A stretch of DNA of 54,649 nucleotides from Bacteroidales bacterium (GTDB lineage Bacteria; Bacteroidota; Bacteroidia; Bacteroidales; UBA4181), in assembly GCA_031551935.1 (NCBI GenBank), contig JAVBMZ010000088.1, forward strand, positions 1 to 54,649, written 5' to 3'. The first letter of the stretch is position 1. Each line of letters starts with the position of its first letter. The translations under genes and the position numbers were made by a program. This document shows, piece after piece, positions 54,595 through 54,649 of the stretch. The notes under the pieces are model-generated. The model saw nothing but the letters and a program-made list of their open reading frames with translations. It did not search any database and was not told where the DNA came from.

Positions 54595-54649
54595 AAGCTA
54601 TTTAAGCTTGGTTTCCTTAAATTCGACGTGTTTTCTGACCTTTTTATCA

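Noticed and set aside
1-54649. tRNA, rRNA, tmRNA, RNase P or riboswitch genes
   Set aside because: Intergenic regions were scanned by eye for T-loop (GGTTCGAAT-like) motifs and conserved riboswitch cores, and none were seen. An Infernal/tRNAscan run would be needed to exclude them formally.

Overview
The window is a Bacteroidota-style chromosomal segment, judged from T9SS type-B cargo, TAnnTTTG-like promoter elements, A-rich leaders without Shine-Dalgarno sequences, and the thrS-infC-rpmI-rplT cluster. The left 11.4 kb holds two tandem minus-strand paralogs of a giant Ig/PKD-repeat cell-surface protein. One is complete (about 3257 aa, with a T9SS type-B C-terminal sorting domain). The other is only an N-terminal fragment that runs off the left edge and is missing from the ORF track. 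Each paralog is preceded by the same conserved 36-nt upstream box. Most of the rest is housekeeping: relA/spoT-family, tmk, thrS-infC-rpmI-rplT, purC, phoH, dprA, mqnA, a POT transporter, NfeD, a PatB/MalY lyase and a HAD phosphatase. There is also a czcCBA-type heavy-metal RND efflux operon lying divergent to a module made of a small membrane protein plus an ECF sigma factor. A multiply frameshifted IS5-like transposase relic sits next to a second ECF sigma. I saw no rRNA, tRNA or CRISPR array. The most unusual signal is non-coding: a roughly 170-bp dispersed element present twice in inverted orientation (22156-22322 and 32979-33150). It is built from a chain of overlapping ATAGC/GCTAT palindromes whose TAGC cores recur at 10/11/21-bp spacing, which is helical phasing. 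Other non-coding signals are a family of long CCGACCNGTCGG palindromes bracketing the czc operon and the ECF module, a canonical single-nucleotide-loop G-quadruplex motif in the czcB-czcA spacer, and a recurring ATTTTTGATTTTCAA leader motif. All functional calls come from motif recognition by eye, because no searches could be run.
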